Source of the DNA: an uncultured Clostridia bacterium
GTDB lineage: Bacteria > Bacillota > Clostridia > Oscillospirales > CAG-272
Length of the DNA: 42,982 nt
Direction of reading: 5' to 3'
NCBI GenBank assembly: GCA_947632285.1
Contig: CANROT010000002.1
Span: 1-42,982, forward strand
The notes below the pieces were generated by a model. The model had not been told where the DNA came from. It worked only from the letters and a program-made list of their open reading frames with translations, and searched no databases. This document shows, piece after piece, positions 24,421-33,595 of the stretch (position 1 is the stretch's first letter; every line of letters starts with the position of its first letter). A program made the translations under genes and the position numbers.

Positions 24421-25508
24421 AAAACACATTCGGCAACAGCGTTTCGGTGACGCTTTTCGGCGAGAGCCACGGAAAATATATCGGCGCCGTGCTCGACGGG
24501 CTCTCCCCCGGGGTCAGGGTCGATGAGGCGGCCGTCGCGCGCGAGCTCGAAAAGCGCCGCCCCGCTGGCAAGATCTCAACTGCCCGCGTCGAGGCGGACA
24601 AGTTCGAGATCGTCAGCGGCGTCTTTGAGGGAATGACGACGGGCACGCCGATCACGGTCATTATCCCGAACGGGGACACGAAAAGCTCCGACTATGCGCG
24701 CGGCCTGCCGCGCCCGGGGCACGCAGACTACACGGGCTTTGTAAAATATCACGGATTTGAAGACTACCGCGGCGGCGGCCACTTCAGCGGCAGGATCACG
24801 GCGGCGCTCGTCGCCGTCGGCGCTGTCGTGAAGGGGGCGCTCGCCTCGCGCGGGACCATCATCGGCACGCATATCGCGCGCTGCGCCGGGGTAGACGATG
24901 CGCCGTTTTCGGACATTTCCCGGGAAATCGAAATTTTGAACGAAAAGACGTTCGCGGTGCTCGACGAGGGCGCGGGCGAGCGAATGAGGGCTATGATCGA
25001 GTCGGCTGCCGCCGAGGGAGACAGCGTCGGCGGCGTGCTCGAGACGGCGGTGGTCGGCGTCCCGGCGGGCGTCGGCGAGCCGTGGTTCGACACGCTCGAG
25101 GGCGTCATCGCGCACGCGGTGTTCTCGGTCCCGGCAGTAAAGGGGATAGAGTTCGGCGCGGGCTTTGCTGCCGCCGACATGCGCGGCAGCGAGTGCAACG
25201 ACGCGCTCTCCTTGTCGGGCGGCGCGGTCGTTACGGAGACGAACAACAGCGGCGGGATAAACGGCGGAATTTCGAACGGAATGCCGATAGTGTTCCGCAC
25301 GGTAATCAAGCCGACCCCGTCCATATTCAAGCCGCAGAAGACGGTCGATATATTGAAACACGAGGAGGCGGTGCTCGAGCTCCGCGGGCGGCACGATCCG
25401 GCCGTCGTACACAGGGCGCGCGCCGTCCTCGACACGGTGACGGCGATCGCGGTCGCGGATATGCTCGAGACGCGCTTCGGGACGGATTATTTCGGTGGGG
25501 CGCGATGA
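24417..25508 (+). CDS. aroC: Chorismate synthase
   Basis: 363 aa with FGESHG, RPGHADY and GRHDPAVV. ATGA overlap with aroB. Confidence 0.95.
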   Translation: MKNTFGNSVSVTLFGESHGKYIGAVLDGLSPGVRVDEAAVARELEKRRPAGKISTARVEADKFEIVSGVFEGMTTGTPITVIIPNGDTKSSDYARGLPRPGHADYTGFVKYHGFEDYRGGGHFSGRITAALVAVGAVVKGALASRGTIIGTHIARCAGVDDAPFSDISREIEILNEKTFAVLDEGAGERMRAMIESAAAEGDSVGGVLETAVVGVPAGVGEPWFDTLEGVIAHAVFSVPAVKGIEFGAGFAAADMRGSECNDALSLSGGAVVTETNNSGGINGGISNGMPIVFRTVIKPTPSIFKPQKTVDILKHEEAVLELRGRHDPAVVHRARAVLDTVTAIAVADMLETRFGTDYFGGAR

Positions 25509-26746
25509 AGTACGGGTGCATAGCGGAGCGGCTCGGGCACAGCTTTTCCCGCGAAATACATGAAAAAATAGGGCTCTATGAATACGAGCTCCGCGAGGTG
25601 CCGCGCGATGAGCTCGACGGATTTATGACCGAGCGCGATTTTCTCGGCATAAACGTGACTATTCCCTATAAGCGGGACGTGATACCGTATCTGTCCCGGA
25701 TCGATGACGACGCGCGCAGGATAGGCGCGGTCAACACCGTCGTCAACCGCGGCGGGGAGCTCTGCGGATTCAATACGGACCTCCCCGGTATGCGGGCGAT
25801 GATATCCTCCGCGGGGATCGGGATCCGCGGCAAAAAGGCGCTCGTGCTCGGCACGGGCGGCACGTCTCACACGGCGCGGGAGCTCTTGCGTCTGCTCGGC
25901 GCAAAAAAGACCGTCACCGTCAGCCGCACGGGGCGGGACGGGGCCGTGACATACGAGGAAGCGTATCGGCTCCATTCGGACGCGGATATAATAATAAACA
26001 CGACGCCCTCGGGTATGTACCCGGATATAGCGGGTATGCCGATTGACATAGGCATGTTCCCGCGCCTTTCCGGCGTCGTTGACGCCGTATATAATCCGCT
26101 GCGGACGCGCCTTGTAATGGCGGCGCGCGAGCGCGGGATCAAGGCGGTCGGCGGGCTTTATATGCTCGTCTCCCAGGCGGTCTTTGCGGCGGAGCACTTC
26201 ACCGGGGAGAGCCTCGGGCAGGAGCTTGCCGGTCGGATCTATCGCGAGCTGTACCGCGAAAAGCAGAATATCGTGCTCACCGGAATGCCCGGCTCGGGCA
26301 AATCGGCGACCGGGCGCAAGATCGCGTCAATGACGGGGCGGCGGTTCATAGATACAGATGCGGAGATAGTCTCCCGGATCGGTATGAAGATCGCGGACTA
26401 TTTCGAAAAATACGGCGAGGACGCGTTCCGCGACCGCGAGTCCGAGGTGATAGCAGATGTCGCGAAGCTGCACGGCTGCGTCATCGCGACGGGGGGCGGC
26501 GCCGTGCTGCGGGAGGAAAATGTCCGCCTCTTAAAGCAGAACGGGCGCGTATATTATCTCGACCGCCCGATAGAATGGCTGACGCCGACATCTGACCGTC
26601 CGCTCGCGCGGGACGCGGACGCGATACGCGCGCGGTACCGCGAGCGGTACGGAATATATACCGGCACGGCGGACGTCACGATAAGAATGAGAGACGACCG
26701 CCTGTGGAACGCAAAAACGATAATAAGGGAGCACGGAAAATCATGA
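25505..26746 (+). CDS. aroE: Fused shikimate dehydrogenase / shikimate kinase
   Basis: Start at MKYGCIAERLGHSFS (ATGA overlap with aroC). The AroE part has NVTIPYKRDV, GAVNTV, GFNTD and LGTGGTS. The C-terminal about 150 aa is AroK-like, with P-loop LTGMPGSGKSATGR, FRDRES and ATGGGAV. The track ORF start at 25082 is an out-of-context extension across aroC. Confidence 0.9.
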   Translation: MKYGCIAERLGHSFSREIHEKIGLYEYELREVPRDELDGFMTERDFLGINVTIPYKRDVIPYLSRIDDDARRIGAVNTVVNRGGELCGFNTDLPGMRAMISSAGIGIRGKKALVLGTGGTSHTARELLRLLGAKKTVTVSRTGRDGAVTYEEAYRLHSDADIIINTTPSGMYPDIAGMPIDIGMFPRLSGVVDAVYNPLRTRLVMAARERGIKAVGGLYMLVSQAVFAAEHFTGESLGQELAGRIYRELYREKQNIVLTGMPGSGKSATGRKIASMTGRRFIDTDAEIVSRIGMKIADYFEKYGEDAFRDRESEVIADVAKLHGCVIATGGGAVLREENVRLLKQNGRVYYLDRPIEWLTPTSDRPLARDADAIRARYRERYGIYTGTADVTIRMRDDRLWNAKTIIREHGKS

Positions 26747-27174
26747 AGCTGCTCGTCATAAACGGACCGAATCTGAATATGCTCGGCATACGCGAGCCGG
26801 ATATATACGGCAGGGAAACGTATAAAGACGTATGCCTAAAAATAAAGACATATGCCGAAAATATCGGCGTCGAGGTCGAGATCTATCAGTCGAACCACGA
26901 GGGGGACCTCGTGGACAAGATACAGGCATCATACGGGGTGTTCGACGGGATCGTCATAAACCCGGCGGCGTACACGCACACGAGCGTCGCGATACTTGAC
27001 GCGCTCAAGGCGGTGTCGCTCCCGGCGGTCGAGGTCCACATCTCGGACGTGAACGTGCGCGAGCCGTTCCGCCGCGTCAGCTACGCGGGAATGGCGTGCG
27101 AAAAGTCCGTCATAGGCAAGGGGACGGACGGGTATCTTTTAGCGATACAGTACCTTGCTGATAAGCTGAAATGA
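26743..27174 (+). CDS. aroQ: Type II 3-dehydroquinate dehydratase
   Basis: MKLLVINGPNLNMLGIREPDIYG, QSNHEG, NPAAYTHTSVA and VEVHISD. ATGA overlap with the upstream gene. Confidence 0.95.
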   Translation: MKLLVINGPNLNMLGIREPDIYGRETYKDVCLKIKTYAENIGVEVEIYQSNHEGDLVDKIQASYGVFDGIVINPAAYTHTSVAILDALKAVSLPAVEVHISDVNVREPFRRVSYAGMACEKSVIGKGTDGYLLAIQYLADKLK

Positions 27175-28373
27175 GAGCAATATTTGAAAAATCGCGCCTT
27201 TCCGGCGCGGTAAAGGCGCCGCCGTCCAAGAGCGCGGCGCACAGGCTGCTGATCGCGGCCTCGCTCGCGGAGGGCGAGAGCGTCATCACCGGAGTTGAGT
27301 ATTCCGAGGATATTTCGGCAACGCTTGACTGCGCCGCGGCGCTCGGCGCCGAGATCGAAAGATGCGGCTCGACAGTCAAAATAGACGGCCGCCGGTTCCT
27401 CTCCGAGGTCAAGGGTGTGCTTGACTGCCGCGAGAGCGGCAGCACGCTCCGCTTTTTCATACCGCTCGCGATGCTGACGGGTCGTGAGGTGACATTTATC
27501 GGCAGCGGACGGCTGCTCGAGCGGCCGCTCGACGTTTACGAACGGATCGCGGCGGAAAATTCTATTACATTCGCCAAAAAAGGCGGCTGTATAACAGTGT
27601 TAGGCAAATTGCCTAAAAAGAAATTTGTCGTTGACGGCAGCATAAGCTCGCAGTTTGTGACGGGACTCATGTTCGCACTTGCACGTCTCGGCGGCGGGGA
27701 GATACATGTTCTGCCGCCGTTTGAGAGCCGCCCGTATGTGGAGATGACGGCGGCGGCGCTCGGGCTGTTCGGGGCGGAGATAAAATTCTGCGGGAACGAT
27801 ATCACGCTTACGAGAAAGGATCGCCTCCGCCCGTGGTCGGGCGAGGTCGAGGGCGACTTTTCAAACGCCGCGTTCCTCGACGCGTTCGATCTTTTGGGCG
27901 GGGACGTGACGGTGACGGGGCTGCCCGAGGCGAGCGCGCAGGGGGACGCCGCTTACCGCGAATATTATAAAATGCTTGCGGCGGGTTCCCCCGTTATCGA
28001 CCTCTCGGACACGCCGGACCTCGCCCCCGTGCTCATCGCACTTTCGGCGTGCCTGCACGGCGCGACGTTCACCGGAACGAAGAGGCTTGCCGCCAAGGAG
28101 TCCGACAGGGGGGCGGCAATGGCGGAGGAGATGTTGAAATTCGGCGTCCAGATCGATGTCGGCGAGAACTCGATCTCGGTTCCCGGCTGCGGGATATCGG
28201 CGCCGACGGAGCCGCTGCGCAGCCACGGCGACCACCGCGTCGTCATGGCGCTCTCAACGCTCCTGACGGCGACGGGCGGGGAGCTCGTCGGCTGTGAAGA
28301 CGTCCGGAAGAGCTACCCGTCATACTTTGACGCGATTCGTTCGCTCGGGGCAAGGTTTACGATAACGGAATAG
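27171..28373 (+). CDS. aroA: 3-phosphoshikimate 1-carboxyvinyltransferase (EPSP synthase)
   Basis: 400 aa with PPSKSAAHRLLIAASLA, ESGSTLRF, KESDR and DHRVVMA. Confidence 0.93.
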   Translation: MRAIFEKSRLSGAVKAPPSKSAAHRLLIAASLAEGESVITGVEYSEDISATLDCAAALGAEIERCGSTVKIDGRRFLSEVKGVLDCRESGSTLRFFIPLAMLTGREVTFIGSGRLLERPLDVYERIAAENSITFAKKGGCITVLGKLPKKKFVVDGSISSQFVTGLMFALARLGGGEIHVLPPFESRPYVEMTAAALGLFGAEIKFCGNDITLTRKDRLRPWSGEVEGDFSNAAFLDAFDLLGGDVTVTGLPEASAQGDAAYREYYKMLAAGSPVIDLSDTPDLAPVLIALSACLHGATFTGTKRLAAKESDRGAAMAEEMLKFGVQIDVGENSISVPGCGISAPTEPLRSHGDHRVVMALSTLLTATGGELVGCEDVRKSYPSYFDAIRSLGARFTITE

Positions 28374-28390
28374 GGAAGGTAAGAAACAAA

Positions 28391-29248
28391 ATGATAATCG
28401 ACGTCCGAAAAAATATACTCATAGTCGGGCTCGGGCTGCTCGGCGGCAGCTATGCCGAGGCGCTCCACCGGTACGGGTTCCACGTCAGCGCGCTGACGCG
28501 CCGCCAAAGCTCGATAGATTATGCGCTTGAGCGCGGTATCATAGACGAAGGCGCCGAGGGCGTCGACCCCGACATGATCGCCCGCGCCGACCTTGTCGTC
28601 TTCGCGCTTTATCCGCACATTTTCATCGAGTGGATAGAGGAAAACCAAAAGTTTTTTAAGCCCGGCGCGCTCCTGACCGATGTCACGGGCGTCAAGTGCT
28701 CGGTCGTCTACCGCGTGCAGGAGATGCTCCGGCCGGACGTGGAGTTCATCGCCGCGCACCCGATGGCGGGGCGGGAGGTCTACGGCGTCGAAAACAGCAC
28801 GTCCCGAATTTTTGCCGGAGCGAACTACATCGTCACCCCGACCGCGAAGAACACGCGCGACGCCGTCGAGACGTGCCGCGAGCTCGGACTTTTGCTCGGG
28901 TTTTCAAACGTCGCCGAGCTGTCGCCCGAGGAGCACGACGAGATGATCGGGTTCGTCTCGCAGCTTACGCACTGTATTGCCGTCGCGCTGATGACGTGCA
29001 ATGAGGAGGAGCATATAGAGCGCTTCACCGGGGACTCGTTCCGGGACCTGACGCGCATCGCGCGGATAAACGACCTGATGTGGAGCGAGCTTTTCCTCGC
29101 GAATAAGGACGCGCTTTTGCGCCAGATGGATATGTTTACGGCGCAGTTTTTAAAGCTGCGGGACATGATATCGGCGGGCGACGAGGCCGGTATGCGCGAG
29201 ATGATGCGCCACTCTACCGAGCGCCGCGCAAAATTTGACAAAAAGTGA
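28391..29248 (+). CDS. tyrA: Prephenate dehydrogenase
   Basis: 285 aa with the Rossmann motif ILIVGLGLLGGS, DVTGVK, AAHPMAG and SQLTHCIAVAL. Confidence 0.9.
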   Translation: MIIDVRKNILIVGLGLLGGSYAEALHRYGFHVSALTRRQSSIDYALERGIIDEGAEGVDPDMIARADLVVFALYPHIFIEWIEENQKFFKPGALLTDVTGVKCSVVYRVQEMLRPDVEFIAAHPMAGREVYGVENSTSRIFAGANYIVTPTAKNTRDAVETCRELGLLLGFSNVAELSPEEHDEMIGFVSQLTHCIAVALMTCNEEEHIERFTGDSFRDLTRIARINDLMWSELFLANKDALLRQMDMFTAQFLKLRDMISAGDEAGMREMMRHSTERRAKFDKK

Positions 29249-29268
29249 CCCGGGGGACAGGATAGCAC

Positions 29269-30297
29269 ATGAACATGATTTTCGAGCGGAAGCTGCCGAT
29301 ACCACAGGAGGTAAAAAAGCTGTTTCCGATATCCGAGGAGGACACCGCAAACGTCGCGGCGCGCGCCGCCGAGCTGCGGGATATTTTCGAGGGCAAAAGC
29401 GATAAGCTGATACTCATCATCGGGCCGTGCTCGGCGGACAACGAGGACAGCGTGATAGATTACGTCACGCGGCTGCGCCGCCTTGAGGACAAGGTCGGGG
29501 ATAAGATCTTTTTCATTCCGAGGATATACACGAACAAGCCGCGCACGACGGGCGACGGCTACAAGGGCATGCTCCACCAGCCGAACCCGAACGAGAAGCC
29601 GGACATGTATAAGGGGATCCTCGCGATACGCGGTATCCACATGCGCGCTCTACGTGAAACGGGATATTCGTGCGCGGACGAGATGCTTTACCCGGAGGAC
29701 CACAGGTATTTAAACGATATTCTCGCATATGTCGCGGTCGGCGCGCGCTCCGTCGAGAACCAGCAGCACAGGCTGACGGCGAGCGGACTTCTGATCCCGG
29801 TCGGAATGAAGAATCCGACAGGAGGCGACATCTCCGTCATGATGAACGCGATAACGGCGGCGCAGCACAAGCACACGTTTTTGTACCGAGGCTGGGAGGT
29901 CCATTCCCAGGGCAACCCATACGCGCACGCGATCCTGCGCGGGTACGTCGACACATACGGGCAGACGCACCCGAACTATCACTACGAGGACCTCTGCCGC
30001 CTCGCGGAAACGTATGCGGAGAGCGGCCTTTCGAATCCCGCGCTGATCGTCGACACGAATCACGCGAATTCCGGCAAGGTGTATACGGAGCAGCCGCGCA
30101 TCGTCCGCGAGGTGCTGCACTCCTGCCGCATAAATCCGGACATAAAAAAGCTTTTCCGCGGGTTCATGATCGAGAGCTATATCGAGGACGGCGCGCAGAA
30201 GATCGGCGAATGCGTCTACGGCAAGTCCATCACCGACCCGTGCCTCGGCTGGGAGAAGACGGAGAGGCTCGTCTGCGAGATCGCGGACTCGATCTGA
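29269..30297 (+). CDS. aroF: 3-deoxy-7-phosphoheptulonate (DAHP) synthase, class I
   Basis: 342 aa with LIIGPCSADNE, KPRTT..GYKGML and VDTNHANSGK. The isozyme symbol is uncertain. Confidence 0.9.
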   Translation: MNMIFERKLPIPQEVKKLFPISEEDTANVAARAAELRDIFEGKSDKLILIIGPCSADNEDSVIDYVTRLRRLEDKVGDKIFFIPRIYTNKPRTTGDGYKGMLHQPNPNEKPDMYKGILAIRGIHMRALRETGYSCADEMLYPEDHRYLNDILAYVAVGARSVENQQHRLTASGLLIPVGMKNPTGGDISVMMNAITAAQHKHTFLYRGWEVHSQGNPYAHAILRGYVDTYGQTHPNYHYEDLCRLAETYAESGLSNPALIVDTNHANSGKVYTEQPRIVREVLHSCRINPDIKKLFRGFMIESYIEDGAQKIGECVYGKSITDPCLGWEKTERLVCEIADSI

Positions 30298-30420
30298 CGG
30301 CAATTTCGCACAATTTTCGGCCCGACGTTATCGCTTAAAAGTTACAAACCGTTCATACATTGAACGGAACTGTGTGATAAAATATATCGTAGAAAATATG
30401 CGGACGGCGGAGGCGCGCTT

Positions 30421-31143
30421 ATGGACCGGAGGGACGGCGGAAAAAGGAGCTTTAACAGTGAGGAAAGCTATCGCGGGCGCCGAGGCGTGTTTGAGCGCCT
30501 CCTGCGCCGCAATCGCGTGTTTCTGTTTTGGTTCCCGGCGCTGATACTTTATGACGAGCTCGTTTTTCACATTGCGCGCGGACAGGGGAGAGGGCTTGCC
30601 GGCGTGTTCTACACGCTCGTGTTCTCGCTCTCGGTCGGCTGTGTGCTGACGCTGCTGTCGACGATTTTTGTAAACAGGATAAACGTATATATCGTTGTAA
30701 CGCTGTCCGCGGTCATCACGCTCTTGTTCATAGTTCACACGGTCTTCCTCGGCGCTTTCGGCGAATATTTCCGCTGGTCGTCGCTCTTGCGCATAGGCGA
30801 GGCGGGGCAGTACGCGGGCGCGGCGGCGTCTCAGGTGATACGCGACATCGTTCCGATAATGTTTTTGCTCATGCCGCTCATTTTTTACTGCATCTGGGGG
30901 CGCGAGCTTGCCCCGGCGCTCGGGACGCCGCTCAGAGTCAAAGGAATGATACTCGCGCTCGCGATAATGTTCCATTTGACGGGGCTCACCGGGCTCGTCA
31001 CCGACCCGGCGGCGAAGGAGGCATACAGGGGGGAGTTTGTCCCCGAGGACGCCGCGTCGTATTTCGGGCTCATGACCGAGATGAGGCTCGATATGTTTTC
31101 TTCCCCGAGCGATGCGGGCGGGAATCCCGGCGGGGCGAAATAA
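30421..31143 (+). CDS. Polytopic membrane protein resembling the N-terminal membrane module of LTA-synthase/sulfatase-family proteins, with no catalytic domain
   Basis: 240 aa with about 5 hydrophobic helices after a basic N-terminus. The ORF ends at GGNPGGAK and is followed by a terminator. The family assignment is by resemblance only. Confidence 0.5.
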   Translation: MDRRDGGKRSFNSEESYRGRRGVFERLLRRNRVFLFWFPALILYDELVFHIARGQGRGLAGVFYTLVFSLSVGCVLTLLSTIFVNRINVYIVVTLSAVITLLFIVHTVFLGAFGEYFRWSSLLRIGEAGQYAGAAASQVIRDIVPIMFLLMPLIFYCIWGRELAPALGTPLRVKGMILALAIMFHLTGLTGLVTDPAAKEAYRGEFVPEDAASYFGLMTEMRLDMFSSPSDAGGNPGGAK

Positions 31144-31161
31144 TAATACTGACATGAAAAA

Positions 31162-31197
31162 ATCCGATGAACGCGGCGGCGTCCATCGGATTTTTTG
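31162..31197. terminator. Bidirectional intrinsic terminator
   Basis: atccgatg...catcggat stem, flanked by aaaaaa on the 5' side and tttttt on the 3' side, between convergent genes. Confidence 0.8.
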
Positions 31198-31212
31198 GCG
31201 TTTATGCATCGG

Positions 31213-32250
31213 TCACGTCTCGATGACGATGTCGGCGCTCTGTTCAACGCCGTATTCGGCGAAATATTTTTCTTCGGCGGGGATAAAGCGCGACTTGTAG
31301 TCTTCCGTCCGCTCGGGCGAGCGGCGCGAGATTCGCCGGAGCTGTTCAGCTTCCGCGACGGTCAAAAACACGGTGAGCGCCGGGCGGAGGCCGATATTTG
31401 ACGTGACGGCGGACGAATACGAGCCCTCTATGACGAAAAACGGCGTCCTTTTCACCTCGGCGGAGCCGGAAAACGCGCCCTTGTGCGGGTCATATGCGCG
31501 GGAGACGAACGTGTCCCCGGGAGATGAGAGCTCGCGCCGCATTCGGTCCGCGTCAAGGTTCCCGAGCTGACCCGAGCGCGCGGAGAAGGGCAGATAATAG
31601 TCGTCCGCGTGAACGACGCCGCAGCCGTAGACGGCGGCGAGCCGCGCCGAAAGCGTTGACTTGCCGGAGCCGCACCGCCCGTCAATGACGACGGAAAAGC
31701 CGCGCTCCCCCGAGGCAAGGCGCGCGTCTATGGCGGCAAAAACGGGTAGCGCTGCGGCGAACGTCGCGTGGACGACGCGGTACGCGGGCCTGTACGCGGA
31801 GGAGTACGCGGGCGAATGATGAACGGCGCCGCCGCCCTCGCAAAAGTACCGCTCAAGATACGCGGTGTAATCATGCTTTGAAAACGGAGCGACCCCCTCC
31901 TCGATGAGGGAGAGCGGCATCGCGAGCTTTTGCCGGAAATTTTCCTCGCTCCCGGGAAAGAGCGCGGCGCTCTCGCAAAACATTGAAAAGAGCGTGTCCG
32001 GGGTGAGCGACGAGGGCAGCGAGGCGAGATTCAGCCGCGCGCCGTCGGGCCCGAGCATCTCGACGGTCGGGACGGCCTCGTCCCGCGCCGTGCCGTCGAG
32101 CTCGCGCAAAAGGTAAAGGCGCGCGCCGTGCCGGTCCGATATCATGTGACCGCCGCCGAACTCGCTCTGATATAAAAGCTTCACCGCGTCCTGCGGCGTC
32201 ATTTTCCGGTATCTTTCCATATGGTACCGGAGCGCGTCATAGACGGTCAT
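31213..32250 (-). CDS. Two-domain protein: unknown N-terminal domain plus C-terminal P-loop kinase (uridine-kinase-like)
   Basis: 345 aa. The Walker A is VVIDGRCGSGKSTLSARLA, followed by HADDYYLP. The N-terminal about 170 aa (LLYQSEFGGGH) is not recognised. Confidence 0.7.
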   Translation of the reverse strand: MTVYDALRYHMERYRKMTPQDAVKLLYQSEFGGGHMISDRHGARLYLLRELDGTARDEAVPTVEMLGPDGARLNLASLPSSLTPDTLFSMFCESAALFPGSEENFRQKLAMPLSLIEEGVAPFSKHDYTAYLERYFCEGGGAVHHSPAYSSAYRPAYRVVHATFAAALPVFAAIDARLASGERGFSVVIDGRCGSGKSTLSARLAAVYGCGVVHADDYYLPFSARSGQLGNLDADRMRRELSSPGDTFVSRAYDPHKGAFSGSAEVKRTPFFVIEGSYSSAVTSNIGLRPALTVFLTVAEAEQLRRISRRSPERTEDYKSRFIPAEEKYFAEYGVEQSADIVIET

Positions 32251-32251
32251 G

Positions 32252-32737
32252 TCACGCCTCTCCGTCGTATACGTTGCCGTGGCTCAAAAGCACGCTTTTG
32301 CCGCGTATGTCGATGACGCCGAAGTCGCCGACCCGCGCGCACCCGGGATTAAAGAGATAAACGGGACGCTCCCTGTCATCGGAGACGTATTTTTCAAGCT
32401 TTATGTGCGTGTGCCCGAATATCACAAGGTCGACGCCGCGCCGCCTCGCCTCGGCGACGAGTGACGTCGGCGAAAACTTGACGTTATATCTGTGCCCGTG
32501 GACGATCAGGACGCGGATATCATCGACGGTGAGCTCGGCCTCGAGCGGGAGCGGCGAGCCGAAGTCGCAGTTCCCTCGGACGGCGACGGGCGTTGCGTTG
32601 AATTCTCTCGCGAGCGGGATCAGGTCGTCGGCGCCGTCACCGGCGTGGACAGCGTAGTCGACGGGGCGGCAGCGGGCGAACGCCTCGCGCATCGGCAGCG
32701 ACGCGCCGTGAGAATCGGAAAAAACGAGCAGCTTCAC
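32252..32737 (-). CDS. YfcE/MJ0936-family metallophosphoesterase
   Basis: Motifs VFSDSHG, HAGD, GNCD, HGH and GHTH. I place the start at GTG 32737, with aaggaga 10 nt upstream. The track's 32785 start adds 16 unlikely residues. Confidence 0.85.
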   Translation of the reverse strand: MKLLVFSDSHGASLPMREAFARCRPVDYAVHAGDGADDLIPLAREFNATPVAVRGNCDFGSPLPLEAELTVDDIRVLIVHGHRYNVKFSPTSLVAEARRRGVDLVIFGHTHIKLEKYVSDDRERPVYLFNPGCARVGDFGVIDIRGKSVLLSHGNVYDGEA

Positions 32738-32834
32738 GTTTAATAAATCTCCTTTCGCGGGGGACATATGGACGGACTTTCGCATATACTTTATATCGGG
32801 TGACCGTAATAAAAGTAAAAAGCGAGGTTCTTAT

Positions 32835-33056
32835 ATGAAGATCGACAAAGCTACAGTAGACAGACTTTTGAAACAGAGCGACGATCAGCTCTGGCGGACA
32901 GTACAGATGATAGCGGCGCAGAACGGGCTCAACCTTTCCGGCGTTAAGCGGCCGCAGGATCTCTCAAAGCTGCGCTCGGCGCTGTCCTCGATGACGGACG
33001 GCGACATAAAGCGCGCGACCGAGATCATAGAATCATATAAAAGGAACGGAAAATGA
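32835..33056 (+). CDS. Small hypothetical protein (73 aa, helical)
   Basis: The ORF has coding-like composition and its stop overlaps the start of the next ORF (ATGA). Confidence 0.6.
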   Translation: MKIDKATVDRLLKQSDDQLWRTVQMIAAQNGLNLSGVKRPQDLSKLRSALSSMTDGDIKRATEIIESYKRNGK

Positions 33057-33577
33057 CGGAGGAACGCGGGAGCTTTCGTCCGCTCCTTGATTCGTTCGGA
33101 ACGCTCCTTTCAAATCCCGTCGTGCTCGAAGGGCTGATCGCGGGGCTCTCCGCGTTCAGCGCTTCGCGGCGCACGAAAGAGGGGCAGGACAGCGCGCCGC
33201 GCGCCGGAGGTCCCGCCTCCGGGCTGCTTGATCTTTTGCCGGGAATATTGCCGCTGCTCTCAACGCTGACGGCGAGCGCCCCGGCACAGCCGGACGGCGG
33301 CGGGGACGCGGAGGCCGCGTTTGAGCCTGCCGTTGATGGAGGGGAGGACGACGGTGCGTTTGAGCCCGCCTCCGCAGACGGTGAGGAGGTGCCGCTCCTC
33401 GGCGATGCCCCGGCGTCCTCGTCCGGAGTTTTCGTCTCGGACGGGGACCGCGCCTCACAGCGGGAGAACCTGCTATTGGCGATAAGGCCGTTTTTGTCGG
33501 ATTCCCGCCGCTCCGCGGCGGACGCCATGGTGCAGGTGAACAAGCTGTCCGGCCTGTTTTACGGGGCGGGAAGATAA
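33053..33577 (+). CDS. Hypothetical protein with a low-complexity acidic/Ala/Gly/Pro-rich centre and a conserved-looking C-terminus
   Basis: 174 aa, translationally coupled to the upstream ORF. The C-terminus is RENLLLAIRPFLSDSRRSAADAMVQVNKL. Confidence 0.6.
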   Translation: MTEERGSFRPLLDSFGTLLSNPVVLEGLIAGLSAFSASRRTKEGQDSAPRAGGPASGLLDLLPGILPLLSTLTASAPAQPDGGGDAEAAFEPAVDGGEDDGAFEPASADGEEVPLLGDAPASSSGVFVSDGDRASQRENLLLAIRPFLSDSRRSAADAMVQVNKLSGLFYGAGR

Positions 33578-33595
33578 ACCCCGGGAGGTGTGCGT

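Noticed and set aside
25082-25504. N-terminal 141-aa extension of the aroE::aroK ORF
   Set aside because: The extension is Arg/Gly-rich, overlaps aroC in another frame and has no homology. The AroE similarity starts at MKYGCIAERLGH, with an ATGA overlap.
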